This document shows, in pieces, positions 1-9,263 of a stretch of 56,524 bases of DNA. Made by a program: the position numbers and the translations under genes. The notes under the pieces were generated by a model. The model did not search any database. It saw only the letters and a program-made list of their open reading frames with translations, and had not been told where the DNA came from. The first letter of the stretch is position 1; every line of letters begins with the position of its first letter. Source of the stretch: a virus (taxonomy: Duplodnaviria > Caudoviricetes); IMG/VR virus record IMGVR_UViG_3300005613_002794, positions 1 to 56,524 of that record; one strand, 5' to 3'.

Positions 1-1
1 T

Positions 2-604
2 ATTCATCACGAACAGGATGTTAGATATTTCTCTGGTGTCCCTCACCTAGTAAATCAAAGAGTTGGAAGAGAAAACTGTAGATGGGATTTCTATGGGCAC
101 CCGCCTCCAAACACGCCTAAAGATGATTGGCAGGTGGATGTGTGGCGCAAGTATAGAGGCATTATCCTTTCGGGATTCAAGGGAGCTAGGAACTGGAATA
201 TTCATTATGCTCTGCCTGCTGATCGTTATGGGGTCTTCTACTCTGACATGGATGTGGCTCTGGCTCCTCTTGAGATAAACGACTTTAACGACTCTAAGAG
301 TGAGATCAAGGTCGCTGAATGCGGGAGGTATAAGGTGCCGCTCGTAGCCACTAACTGCGGTGCCTATGACGAGTGGATCGTAGATGGCGAGACAGGATTC
401 CTCATTGATCCAGAGAAAGGTAAATCAGAGTGGGTAAGGGTTCTCAGTAAGTGCGTTAAGGATCCAGGGCTTGTTCAGCGTATGGGTGAAAACCTACACG
501 CTCATACTGAAGAAAACTTTGATCTTAATAAGGTAGTCAAACATCGCCTTGATCTTTATAGAGAGGTTATGAGTATAAATGTCCAAGCAAAATCCTATGA
601 TTAG
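2..604 (+). CDS. GT-B (GT4-like) glycosyltransferase, 5'-truncated by window edge
   Basis: Frame open from position 2; motifs DVALAPL, KSEIKVAE, PLVATNCGAY, DGETGFL typical of GT-B C-terminal domain. Confidence 0.8.
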   Translation: MHHEQDVRYFSGVPHLVNQRVGRENCRWDFYGHPPPNTPKDDWQVDVWRKYRGIILSGFKGARNWNIHYALPADRYGVFYSDMDVALAPLEINDFNDSKSEIKVAECGRYKVPLVATNCGAYDEWIVDGETGFLIDPEKGKSEWVRVLSKCVKDPGLVQRMGENLHAHTEENFDLNKVVKHRLDLYREVMSINVQAKSYD

Positions 605-1850
605 TGTTGTAATTCCTACCATATGGAAATCTTCTGTATTTAACGATCTTCTTTTGGGTTTATGTAAGCATTCTTTGATTGAAGAAATTATTATCATATC
701 AAATGATAACCCAACATTTAAAATAGAAGATGAAAAAATTAAGATTATTCAACAGGAGCAAAATATAGGAGTTAATCCTGCCTGGAACTTAGGAGTATCT
801 TTAAGTAAAAATCAATATATTTTAATTTTAAATGATGATTTGTTATTTGATTTGGATTTTATAGATAAAGCATTTGGTATTAAGGATGATTATTCTATTA
901 TTTCAATTAACTATGATCAGAAGCAAGAACACATAGTTGAGCCAACCAGAAGACCTTACGGATTTGGCTGTGCTTTTTTTATAAGTAAATCAGACTATGT
1001 TTCAATACCTGAAGATTTAAAAATATTCTTTGGTGATGATTGGCTATTTGATAATTGCCTATTTGCTAATAAAAAAATCGCACTACTTCCAGGCATAAAA
1101 ACAAATGAAATTCTATCTTCTTCATCAAAAGATTTTCTATCAGGTATTTATATAGAATTAAGTAAGTATTCAAAACACCTAGACACCTTATATAATCATA
1201 AGTATAGGTTTAGTATCATAATTCCATATCATCACAGCGTAGTTTCGTTCAACGAAATGAATAACTTACTAAAATCTTTAAAAAATCAAACTTTTACTGA
1301 TTTTGAGATAATTGTTATACATGATGGTCCAAATCCTGATTTAGAAAGTATAGATAAAAAAGGTATAAAGTATATTGAAACTACTGTAAGATATAATGAT
1401 TGGGGACACTCTCCTAGGGATTTTGGAATATCTATTAGCAAAGGTCAATATATTATTCATTTAAATTGTGATAATCTGCTATACGAAAATGCCCTTGAAA
1501 AGCTAAATGACCTTATTGAAAGAGATATAGAGTTTGCAACTAATTATGAGGGACACCAATTCGATAGTAAGGATATTTTAATATTTCCAATAATACTACA
1601 TGGACAGACCACAGATGGCATACATCTATTCAGATATAAAAATTCTGACAAGAAGCTAATATTGACAGGATATCCTCCTCAAACTAATTTCATAGATTGT
1701 ATGCAATTAGTTATGAAAAGATCTAAGTGGAACTATTATGGAGGGTGGTATGACAAGAGCTTCGCTTCTGATGGAGCTATGTATTCTAGATTTGTTAGAG
1801 AGAATTTAGGTGCCATATATGAATCTGAGATACTAGGAGAGCACAGATGA
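579..1850 (+). CDS. Two-domain GT2 family glycosyltransferase
   Basis: Two GT-A starts (ISVVIPT...LNDD; FSIIIPY...HDG...YNDWGH...NCDN). Confidence 0.85.
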   Translation: MSKQNPMISVVIPTIWKSSVFNDLLLGLCKHSLIEEIIIISNDNPTFKIEDEKIKIIQQEQNIGVNPAWNLGVSLSKNQYILILNDDLLFDLDFIDKAFGIKDDYSIISINYDQKQEHIVEPTRRPYGFGCAFFISKSDYVSIPEDLKIFFGDDWLFDNCLFANKKIALLPGIKTNEILSSSSKDFLSGIYIELSKYSKHLDTLYNHKYRFSIIIPYHHSVVSFNEMNNLLKSLKNQTFTDFEIIVIHDGPNPDLESIDKKGIKYIETTVRYNDWGHSPRDFGISISKGQYIIHLNCDNLLYENALEKLNDLIERDIEFATNYEGHQFDSKDILIFPIILHGQTTDGIHLFRYKNSDKKLILTGYPPQTNFIDCMQLVMKRSKWNYYGGWYDKSFASDGAMYSRFVRENLGAIYESEILGEHR

Positions 1851-2035
1851 AAGTGGCTGAATGGGTTCGTATTCTAAGTAAGTGTGCTAAAGATCCTGGC
1901 CTTGTAAAGCGTATGGGTGAGAACCTACACCAACTAACAGAGGAAAACTTTGATCTTAATAAAGTGGTTAAGTATCGTCTTGATCTTTATAGAGAGGTTA
2001 TGAGTATAAATGTCCAAGCAAAATCCAAAATTTAG
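1847..2035 (+). pseudogene. Duplicated C-terminal fragment of the upstream GT4 gene
   Basis: EWVRILSKCAKDPGLVKRMGENLH... nearly identical to end of 2..604; 48 bp identical (548-595 vs 1979-2026). Confidence 0.75.
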
Positions 2036-2705
2036 TTTTATAGTTCCACATTATGATGGGGTAATTTCTGATGAGCAATTTATAGAGGGTATGTCTTCTA
2101 TTGCTCAATCAACTTACAAAAACTTTGAAGTTAGAGTCTATCATGATGGACCTACAAGTAGACCAATACCTGATTTAGATCAGTTTGGCTTTGAGTACTC
2201 TTTTAAAGAAACAAAGAAGCGTTATAATGATTGGGGACATTCTTTAAGAGATTTAGGTATTAGAGAAGCAGAAGGAGATTACATAGTTCATTTTAATCCT
2301 GATAATATCCTTTACCTAGAAGGGTTACAGGGGATTGTAGATATGCTAAACTTCGCAACAACCTATAATATACATGAACAATGTAACTCCTTAACAAGAA
2401 CCTTCGGTCTTTTTGATAACTGTTATGAAGTAGTTGTATGTCCTATAATCTTAGAAGGTGTAATTAGATTTCCAAATGGAGGTTTGACAAGAACTAGAGT
2501 TCCTTATCATAAAACTATACTTGATGGATTTCCTACTATTCACCACAATGTTGACTGTATGCAGATAGTAGCTAGTAAAAAAGCTTGGTTATCTATCGGA
2601 GGTTGGTACAATAAAGAAGAAACTTCTGATGGTTTACTAGCTCAAGAATTACATAATAAGTATAAATGTTTGTATTCTCAAACAACAATAGGAGTTCATA
2701 GATGA
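2010..2705 (+). CDS. GT2 family glycosyltransferase
   Basis: FSFIVPHY...HDGP...YNDWGHSLRD...NPDN; paralog of the second domain of 579..1850. Confidence 0.85.
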   Translation: MSKQNPKFSFIVPHYDGVISDEQFIEGMSSIAQSTYKNFEVRVYHDGPTSRPIPDLDQFGFEYSFKETKKRYNDWGHSLRDLGIREAEGDYIVHFNPDNILYLEGLQGIVDMLNFATTYNIHEQCNSLTRTFGLFDNCYEVVVCPIILEGVIRFPNGGLTRTRVPYHKTILDGFPTIHHNVDCMQIVASKKAWLSIGGWYNKEETSDGLLAQELHNKYKCLYSQTTIGVHR

Positions 2706-2742
2706 GAGTATTTGATGATCGTTATGTATGGAGGATAGTTAA

Positions 2743-3543
2743 ATGAAATATAACGTTTTTACTACAGCAAATAAATCATATTTTCCTTTTGTTGATATAC
2801 TTGTCAATTCTTTGACTGAGAATTGTGAAAATATTCAAAGGATCTATATTGCAGATTGCGGTCTGGGCGAATATCGTAAGTACCTTCAAGACAAAGAAAA
2901 TGTCTGCATCATGGATACTGATGTTACTGACGAATATGCTGGTGTTCATTCTGAAGGTTGGGTCAAAGCAACCCAACAGAAGACTAGAGTTCTGAGCAAA
3001 CTCCTGACGATGATGGACTTTGAAGACCCACTCATTATGATTGATAGTGATGTATGCGTCTTGAAAGATCTAGCACAGGTCATTGATAAGGAGTTTGATA
3101 TGCAAGTGACTACAATGAATACTGGTGGTCACACCCGTGCTGATGGCATCTTTATCAGTGAGATTGCAAGTTTTTTAGTTATCAATAATTCTGATCTCGG
3201 TAAGGTTTTTGTTCGCAATTGGATCGAGCAGATGGAAGAATTTGCTGAAAATGGTACTCCATTCCCTCATGAAACTCCTGCACTAAATATGACTTTGAAG
3301 AATAACAACTTCCTTAATATTGGTTATCTGAAAGAATTGGAAGTTTGTGCAGATCAAGAGTTGACTTATAATACTCTATCAGTACACTTTAAGAGTAATG
3401 GTCCCACAAAGAACAATCCTGTGGTAAACTTTGAAAAGAGAGTAATGTCTGTTGATAATAAAACTAAGACTGATCTTGATATTGACAAATACTTGAACGA
3501 AGAAATTTACGATCAATGGAGATCTGAATATGAAACTAACTGA
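2743..3543 (+). CDS. Nucleotide-diphospho-sugar transferase (GT-A fold)
   Basis: FTTANKSYF N-terminus, IMIDSDV DxD motif, SD GGA upstream. Confidence 0.65.
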   Translation: MKYNVFTTANKSYFPFVDILVNSLTENCENIQRIYIADCGLGEYRKYLQDKENVCIMDTDVTDEYAGVHSEGWVKATQQKTRVLSKLLTMMDFEDPLIMIDSDVCVLKDLAQVIDKEFDMQVTTMNTGGHTRADGIFISEIASFLVINNSDLGKVFVRNWIEQMEEFAENGTPFPHETPALNMTLKNNNFLNIGYLKELEVCADQELTYNTLSVHFKSNGPTKNNPVVNFEKRVMSVDNKTKTDLDIDKYLNEEIYDQWRSEYETN

Positions 3544-3715
3544 TATTCATACACAATTTAAGACTGATAAAGGAACTGCTCACGACTATATTGGCTGGTA
3601 TGAGCAGACATTCTCCGATCGTAGAACTGATGAAATGAATGTTCTTGAGATTGGTGTTCTATTTGGTGGTTCACTCAAGATGTGGGAGCATTACTTTGAG
3701 AACTCTAACATATAG
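3530..3715 (+). pseudogene. Truncated SAM-dependent methyltransferase
   Basis: TDKGTAHDY...VLEIGV..GGSL.MW motif I; TAG stop, then GIEDFS in frame, then a duplicated segment. Confidence 0.7.
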
Positions 3716-3732
3716 GGTATAGAAGATTTTTC

Positions 3733-3831
3733 TAAAGAAGAAACTTCTGATGGTTTACTAGCTCAAGAATTACATAATAAGTATAAATATTTGTATTCTC
3801 AAGCAACAATAGGACTTCATAGATGAGAGTA
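3733..3831 (+). repeat. 99-bp direct repeat of 2612..2710 (3' end of GT2 gene)
   Basis: Direct comparison shows 3 mismatches. Confidence 0.9.
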
Positions 3832-4527
3832 GCTGTTATAACAGGAATATTTTCTCCAAAATCAAAAATAGAGATTAAGTATTCTAACTATTTTGATGAA
3901 TATGATTATTTTTGCTACACTTGTGATAGTGAAAATATACAAGTAGATTCTAAAATTACTAGGATTATATTGCCTAATAAAGATTTAGATAAAAAATATT
4001 CAGCTAGAAGAGTTGGAAAAATTCCTAAAATATTATCTCATTTACTATTGCCTAGTTATGATATTTACATTTGGTGTGATGCTACTCATGAGCCTTGTAT
4101 AAATTTAAAAGAATTAAAAGATATTTTAGGAGATAATGATTGTGCGCTGTTTAAACACCCACATAGAATTTGTGTTTATGAAGAAGCAGCAGAGTGTTCA
4201 AGAAATAAGTTAGATCACCAAAACCTTATAGATGATACCGTTGTTTGGCTTTCTTCTATAGGGTTCCCTAGTAATTGTGGTTTATATGAAATGACATCGT
4301 TCATAAGAAAAAATAATAAAAAATGTAATAATGCTTTTTCTTTGTGGTATTCTGCTGTATCAAAACTGTCTTCAAGAGATCAGTTATCTTTTATGCCTTG
4401 TGCTTGTGAAACTAATATATCTATAAAATTATTAGAAGGGTCTGCTCAAATTTATTTTGGAGGTAATAAGTACTTCAAACAAATTAAACCGTCTTTGAGG
4501 ATTTCTGGAGTTGTGGATTATGTGTAG
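3823..4527 (+). CDS. DUF616-like glycosyltransferase
   Basis: VITGI, KILSH, IWCD, FKHPHR.CVYEE, SRDQLSF motifs. Confidence 0.75.
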   Translation: MRVAVITGIFSPKSKIEIKYSNYFDEYDYFCYTCDSENIQVDSKITRIILPNKDLDKKYSARRVGKIPKILSHLLLPSYDIYIWCDATHEPCINLKELKDILGDNDCALFKHPHRICVYEEAAECSRNKLDHQNLIDDTVVWLSSIGFPSNCGLYEMTSFIRKNNKKCNNAFSLWYSAVSKLSSRDQLSFMPCACETNISIKLLEGSAQIYFGGNKYFKQIKPSLRISGVVDYV

Positions 4528-5860
4528 CATATTAATTACAAATAAAAATCTAAAAGATAGATTTGATAAAGTTAATAAATACTTAAAATTAAGAGGTCCT
4601 GATGAGACTAATATTATAACTAGAGATAATATATCCTTTGTTCATAATCTTTTAGCTATGACGGGGGATTTTACTACACAACCCTTTGTTGATGATGATA
4701 TAATTTGTCTATTTAATGGAGAGATTTATAACTATAAATCTCTTGGAGACTTTTCTAGTGATGGTGAATGCCTAATCCCCTTATATAAAGAATATCAATC
4801 TGAATTTATAAAACATCTTGATGGTGAGTTTGCGATATGTTTATTTGATTTTAAAAAAAATATAATTATATTATCGTCTGATGTTTTTGCAACCAAACCT
4901 TTATGGTTTTCTTTTGAAGAAAATAATATTGGGATAGCTTCTTATGATTCAGCATTAAAATTACTTGGATTTAAAGAGACTACGAAGCTTCCTGCAAATA
5001 CGACAATTATTAAAAGTCTTAATAACTTAGCAGATACTCAAAGAATTCAGTCTGTTTATGACTTTGATTTAAAACAGTATAAGAATAGTTTTGATGATTG
5101 GACCCAAGCATTTAAAGACGCTATTAAAAAAAGGTACATGACAAGTCATCAAAAAGTTTTTATTGGTTTAAGTAGCGGTTATGATTCGGGCGCGATTTGT
5201 TGTGAATTACTTCAACAAGGTGTAGATTTTCATGCTTATAGTTCAAAAGGTTATGAAAACCTGCCCATACTTTATGCTCGACATGAAATAATTAAAAATT
5301 CTATAGCAGAAGGGTTTATTTTTAAGGCAACAAAGTCGGACCTTAATTTTGCATCTAATCATCTAAAAGAGTATGTTGAAGATTTTCCTTACCAAATTTC
5401 ATCCAGTTCTAGCAATTACAAAGAATACGGAAGTGTTCGAGGTGATGCTGGATCGAATGCTCTTGCTGTGATTTGCAACATGGCAAAAAAGAATGAAAGA
5501 AGGATTTACATATCAGGACAAGGTGCTGATGAAATCACATCAGATTATGGGTTTCAGGGCAAGAAGATATTCAACCACTCTAACTTTGGAGGTCTGTTTC
5601 CAGAAAACTTAAAAGAAATCTTTCCTTGGAATAGCTTTTATGGTAGCTCTCAACTATCATACCTCATGAAGGAAGAGTATGTTTCTGGTTCTTTCGGCCT
5701 AGAGGGCAGGTACCCCTACCTTGATAAGAATGTTGTTCAAGAGTTTTTAAATCTAGACCATCATCTGAAAAACGAAAAATACAAGGCACCTATATTTAAT
5801 TACCTAACGGAACATCAATTCCCGACACAAGAAAACGAAAAGAGAGGATTTAGTTTATAA
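4520..5860 (+). CDS. Asparagine synthetase B-like amidotransferase
   Basis: N-terminal MCS (Ntn Cys), RGPD, FNGEIYNY, LSSGYDS, SGQGADEI, RYPYLD. Confidence 0.85.
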   Translation: MCSILITNKNLKDRFDKVNKYLKLRGPDETNIITRDNISFVHNLLAMTGDFTTQPFVDDDIICLFNGEIYNYKSLGDFSSDGECLIPLYKEYQSEFIKHLDGEFAICLFDFKKNIIILSSDVFATKPLWFSFEENNIGIASYDSALKLLGFKETTKLPANTTIIKSLNNLADTQRIQSVYDFDLKQYKNSFDDWTQAFKDAIKKRYMTSHQKVFIGLSSGYDSGAICCELLQQGVDFHAYSSKGYENLPILYARHEIIKNSIAEGFIFKATKSDLNFASNHLKEYVEDFPYQISSSSSNYKEYGSVRGDAGSNALAVICNMAKKNERRIYISGQGADEITSDYGFQGKKIFNHSNFGGLFPENLKEIFPWNSFYGSSQLSYLMKEEYVSGSFGLEGRYPYLDKNVVQEFLNLDHHLKNEKYKAPIFNYLTEHQFPTQENEKRGFSL

Positions 5861-6019
5861 TGGGCATTTGCAAGAACGTAATGCTTCTCAAGGTGGAAGC
5901 CGTGATAAAAGAGATTTCTAGTAGCACTCCTAAGATTCGCATGATCGAGCTAGAAGACTTCCTTGGGTTGAGAAAGCAAGATCTGCTCGATGGTCTCCTT
6001 GAAAAAAATATCAAACACC

Positions 6020-6856
6020 ATGAATGGCACTAAAAAACTATATCTTCACTGCGATGGCGGTTTTGGAAACCGATTTTACGTACTGGTGGCTGGTCTCTAT
6101 CTCGCCAAATCACTAGAGTACGAGCCTATTATTAGCTGGCCTACAAACAACTGGTGCGGCGCAGGTCTAGAGGATCTGTTCGAAAATGTTTTCGAGACAT
6201 GGGATGCTGTCATCGGGGAACCTCCCTGTGAGCTAAGACTGCTGCATGAGGATCAACTCAAGTACGGCGGCTGTACTAATATCCACCAGTTTCAAAATCT
6301 TACCCAGTTAAAAGATTACGTAGAGGGAAAAGACTTTTTCTATTTTAATAACCTTATTCCTTTTCATCTAATCACAGACCGCGAAGACTTTTTTAATGTG
6401 GTTCGTGACCTAAGGTTCAAGAAAGAGATCACGGAACTGGTTGATGAGGTGACGGGAGAGGACTCCTTTATCGGTATTCACATTAGAAAGACTGATTTTG
6501 GTGATCGTGTTAATGAAGATCACCTCTTTAACATGGCAAAAGATCGAGGCGAACGAGTGTTCATCTGCTCTGATGACCCTGACACCGAAAATAAGTTTTT
6601 AGCCCTGCCAAATGTCTTCTCCTTTGATAAGACTTCCTACGTTGAAAAATTGGTAGAAGGGTCATGGAATAGTAATATTGTGGACGATAATGGGAACGCA
6701 CGGAACTTTAATGTAAATAGAAGCAAGCAAAGTGTCGTAGAAGCAATGGTTGATCTGCTGTGCCTTTCCAAAGCAGATGAACTTATCGGGGACCACGGAA
6801 GCACTTTCTTGGCAACAGCAGGAATACTAAAAGAATGCCGACAGATTCAACACTAA
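6020..6856 (+). CDS. Fucosyltransferase-like glycosyltransferase
   Basis: GGFGNR, IGIHIRKTD, FICSDD, DLLCLS, GSTF motifs. Confidence 0.75.
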   Translation: MNGTKKLYLHCDGGFGNRFYVLVAGLYLAKSLEYEPIISWPTNNWCGAGLEDLFENVFETWDAVIGEPPCELRLLHEDQLKYGGCTNIHQFQNLTQLKDYVEGKDFFYFNNLIPFHLITDREDFFNVVRDLRFKKEITELVDEVTGEDSFIGIHIRKTDFGDRVNEDHLFNMAKDRGERVFICSDDPDTENKFLALPNVFSFDKTSYVEKLVEGSWNSNIVDDNGNARNFNVNRSKQSVVEAMVDLLCLSKADELIGDHGSTFLATAGILKECRQIQH

Positions 6857-7374
6857 AACTCGCAGTATTGCAAAAATATCTCTCGCCTGTTTTTGTAGAG
6901 ACAGGAACACACGATGGCGGGGGAGTTCAGGTCGCACTGGATGCTGGCTTCGAGAAAGTAATCTCCGTAGAGATCGACGAAGAGCGACAAAAGCAAAATA
7001 CTCTGCGCTTTCAAAAAGAGATTGACGAAGGCCGCGTTACGCTAATCACAGGAGATATCATTGACGAGTTTGGCGGTATCGTAGAATCTCTCACGGAGCA
7101 AGCCACGTTCTTTCTTGATGCTCATTGGGATTTTGGCGTTGAGGGTAAATCGAAGTGCCCTCTGTACTTCGAGCTAGATCAGATCGCGAAGAGTGACATC
7201 AATAATCACAAGATCTTGATTGATGATCGCCGTTGCTTTGGAGAAGGTCATCATTGGGGTAACGAGATTACCGAACTAGAGATCATAAAAAAACTCCAGA
7301 GCATCAACTCAGACTATGAGATTGGATACGAAGACAACACCGTAGCAAAAAACGATATCATTGTAGCATCATGA
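6835..7374 (+). CDS. Methyltransferase-like protein
   Basis: FVETGT..G.G, SVEID, FFLDAH, ILIDD. Confidence 0.65.
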   Translation: MPTDSTLKLAVLQKYLSPVFVETGTHDGGGVQVALDAGFEKVISVEIDEERQKQNTLRFQKEIDEGRVTLITGDIIDEFGGIVESLTEQATFFLDAHWDFGVEGKSKCPLYFELDQIAKSDINNHKILIDDRRCFGEGHHWGNEITELEIIKKLQSINSDYEIGYEDNTVAKNDIIVAS

Positions 7375-8357
7375 AAAAAGCAATAGTATGTGGAGCGGGT
7401 GGTTTTATCGGAGGCCACATGGTAAGACGCCTTCTTGATGAAGGTTATAAAGTTGTAGCAGTGGACCTAAAACCAAAAAAAGATTGGTATCAAGTTCATG
7501 AAGGTACTTTGAATGAGGGACTATTCAACCTCACTCATAAAAACAATGTATATCCTCTAATACAGGAAAGCAGACCAGACGAACTCTACCAGTTCGCAGC
7601 GGATATGGGAGGAGCGGGTTATATATTTACTGGAGAGCATGACGCTGATGTAATGTATAACTCGGCTCAGATCAATCTGAATATAGTCAATGCCCTTAAA
7701 ATATACAGCAAGCACACTAAGGTTTTTTATTCATCATCGGCTTGCATCTACCCAGCGCACAACCAAACAGATCCAGACAATCCAAACTGCGAGGAAAGCT
7801 CTGCATATCCCGCTAACCCAGACTCGGAGTATGGGTGGGAGAAACTATTTTCTGAAAGGCTTTACCGTTCTTACGCTAGGAACTACGGACTAAATGTTCG
7901 TATAGCTAGATTCCACAATATCTTCGGTCCTTACGGTACATGGGATGGAGGAAAAGAAAAAGCTCCCGCTGCTATGTGTAGAAAAGCACTACAAGCAAGC
8001 GAGTCTATGGAGGTATGGGGACCAGGAACACAAACTCGATCCTTCCTGTACATTGATGAGTGTATTGAAGCTGTACGCAGGCTAATGGAGTCTGATGTAG
8101 AGACTGTAATCAATATCGGATCAGATGAAATGATTAGCATAAATAACCTAGCTCGTATGGCTCTAGACTTGGCTGGGAAACAAAATATAGAACTTGAAAA
8201 TATTGAGGGTCCAGTAGGAGTCATGGGGCGCTGTTCTGATAATAACCTTATTGAAGAAAAGCTTGGCTGGCGTCCTAGCGAGCCTCTTGTAGAGGGCATG
8301 AAGAAAACTCTCGATTGGATTGCAGAACAGATGGATGTGAGCTATAATAAAGCATGA
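7371..8357 (+). CDS. NAD-dependent epimerase (GDP-mannose 3,5-epimerase-like)
   Basis: GAGGFIG, AADMGGAG, YSSSACIY, YGWEK, EKAPAAMCRK. Confidence 0.9.
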   Translation: MKKAIVCGAGGFIGGHMVRRLLDEGYKVVAVDLKPKKDWYQVHEGTLNEGLFNLTHKNNVYPLIQESRPDELYQFAADMGGAGYIFTGEHDADVMYNSAQINLNIVNALKIYSKHTKVFYSSSACIYPAHNQTDPDNPNCEESSAYPANPDSEYGWEKLFSERLYRSYARNYGLNVRIARFHNIFGPYGTWDGGKEKAPAAMCRKALQASESMEVWGPGTQTRSFLYIDECIEAVRRLMESDVETVINIGSDEMISINNLARMALDLAGKQNIELENIEGPVGVMGRCSDNNLIEEKLGWRPSEPLVEGMKKTLDWIAEQMDVSYNKA

Positions 8358-8683
8358 ACTTCCAAGAATATCAAGCAGAAGCAAGCAAGACCGCGATCTA
8401 CCCTAATAAGGGGAACAACCCTTACTACCCTACCCTTGGCCTTTGTGGTGAAGCAGGAGAGGTTGCCGAGAAGATCAAAAAGGTTATGCGTGATAATGGT
8501 GGGGAGATCTCCATCGAAAAATCAGCAGAGATTATGAAAGAGATTGGTGATGTTCTTTGGTACATTGCTGCTCTTTGTGAAGAGCTAGATATTGACATGG
8601 AAACCTGCGCTATTCTAAACATTGAAAAGCTCAAGTCGCGCCAGCAAAGAGGAACCCTCCAGGGTTCAGGAGACAATCGCTGA
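8354..8683 (+). CDS. MazG-like nucleotide pyrophosphohydrolase
   Basis: GLCGEAGEVAEK..KK, KEIGDVLWY, N.EKL..R. Confidence 0.9.
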   Translation: MNFQEYQAEASKTAIYPNKGNNPYYPTLGLCGEAGEVAEKIKKVMRDNGGEISIEKSAEIMKEIGDVLWYIAALCEELDIDMETCAILNIEKLKSRQQRGTLQGSGDNR

Positions 8684-8892
8684 TGCCTATGTATCAATAC
8701 GAGTGCTCTGCTTGTGAACTCCAGTTTGAGCTGTTTGAATCTATCTCAGAGAACATCGAGAGGGGTGCTCCTCACTGTCCCAAGTGTGATCCTGAGGGCG
8801 AGAGGGGCACTACGATGTTTAAATACTTTGGTAACTGTCGTCCAGCCTTCAAGGTTAATGGAGAAGGCGCATACGATAATAGGATGAAATGA
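8683..8892 (+). CDS. FmdB-like zinc-ribbon protein
   Basis: MPMYQYECSAC...CPKC. Confidence 0.8.
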   Translation: MPMYQYECSACELQFELFESISENIERGAPHCPKCDPEGERGTTMFKYFGNCRPAFKVNGEGAYDNRMK

Positions 8893-9263
8893 TGCAAGTT
8901 CCGCCGACCGCGCCGCCGATGAGGGCGGCAATCAAAGCAAGCAAGAAAAGCTCCGAGAGGTTCAAAGTTGGGGCTGCCATATCAAATAAAAATAAAGTTC
9001 TTGCTGTGGGACATAACAAACATAAAACCCACACTAAATACAGTAGTGGGCCTTTCTGTACTACTCATGCGGAGGGCGATGCGATTCGTAAAGCAGTAAA
9101 CAAGGGTGTCGATCTTCTGGGAAAGACGCTCTTTGTTTACAGGAAGAACTGCCGATTGTCGAAGCCGTGCCCTGACTGCGAAAAACTAGCCAGAGATCAC
9201 GGCATAAAGAAGGTTGTATACTCTGTTGATCCTGGTATCTTCGAAACCTTAATATTGACATGA
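8889..9263 (+). CDS. Cytidine/dCMP deaminase-fold protein
   Basis: VGAAI, HAE, SKPCPDC zinc motifs. Confidence 0.8.
   Translation: MMQVPPTAPPMRAAIKASKKSSERFKVGAAISNKNKVLAVGHNKHKTHTKYSSGPFCTTHAEGDAIRKAVNKGVDLLGKTLFVYRKNCRLSKPCPDCEKLARDHGIKKVVYSVDPGIFETLILT

Noticed and set aside
3713-3715. TAG stop-codon reassignment
   Set aside because: Single case inside a gene also truncated by a duplication; core genes are intact in code 11, TAG ends other genes normally, and no suppressor tRNA was seen.
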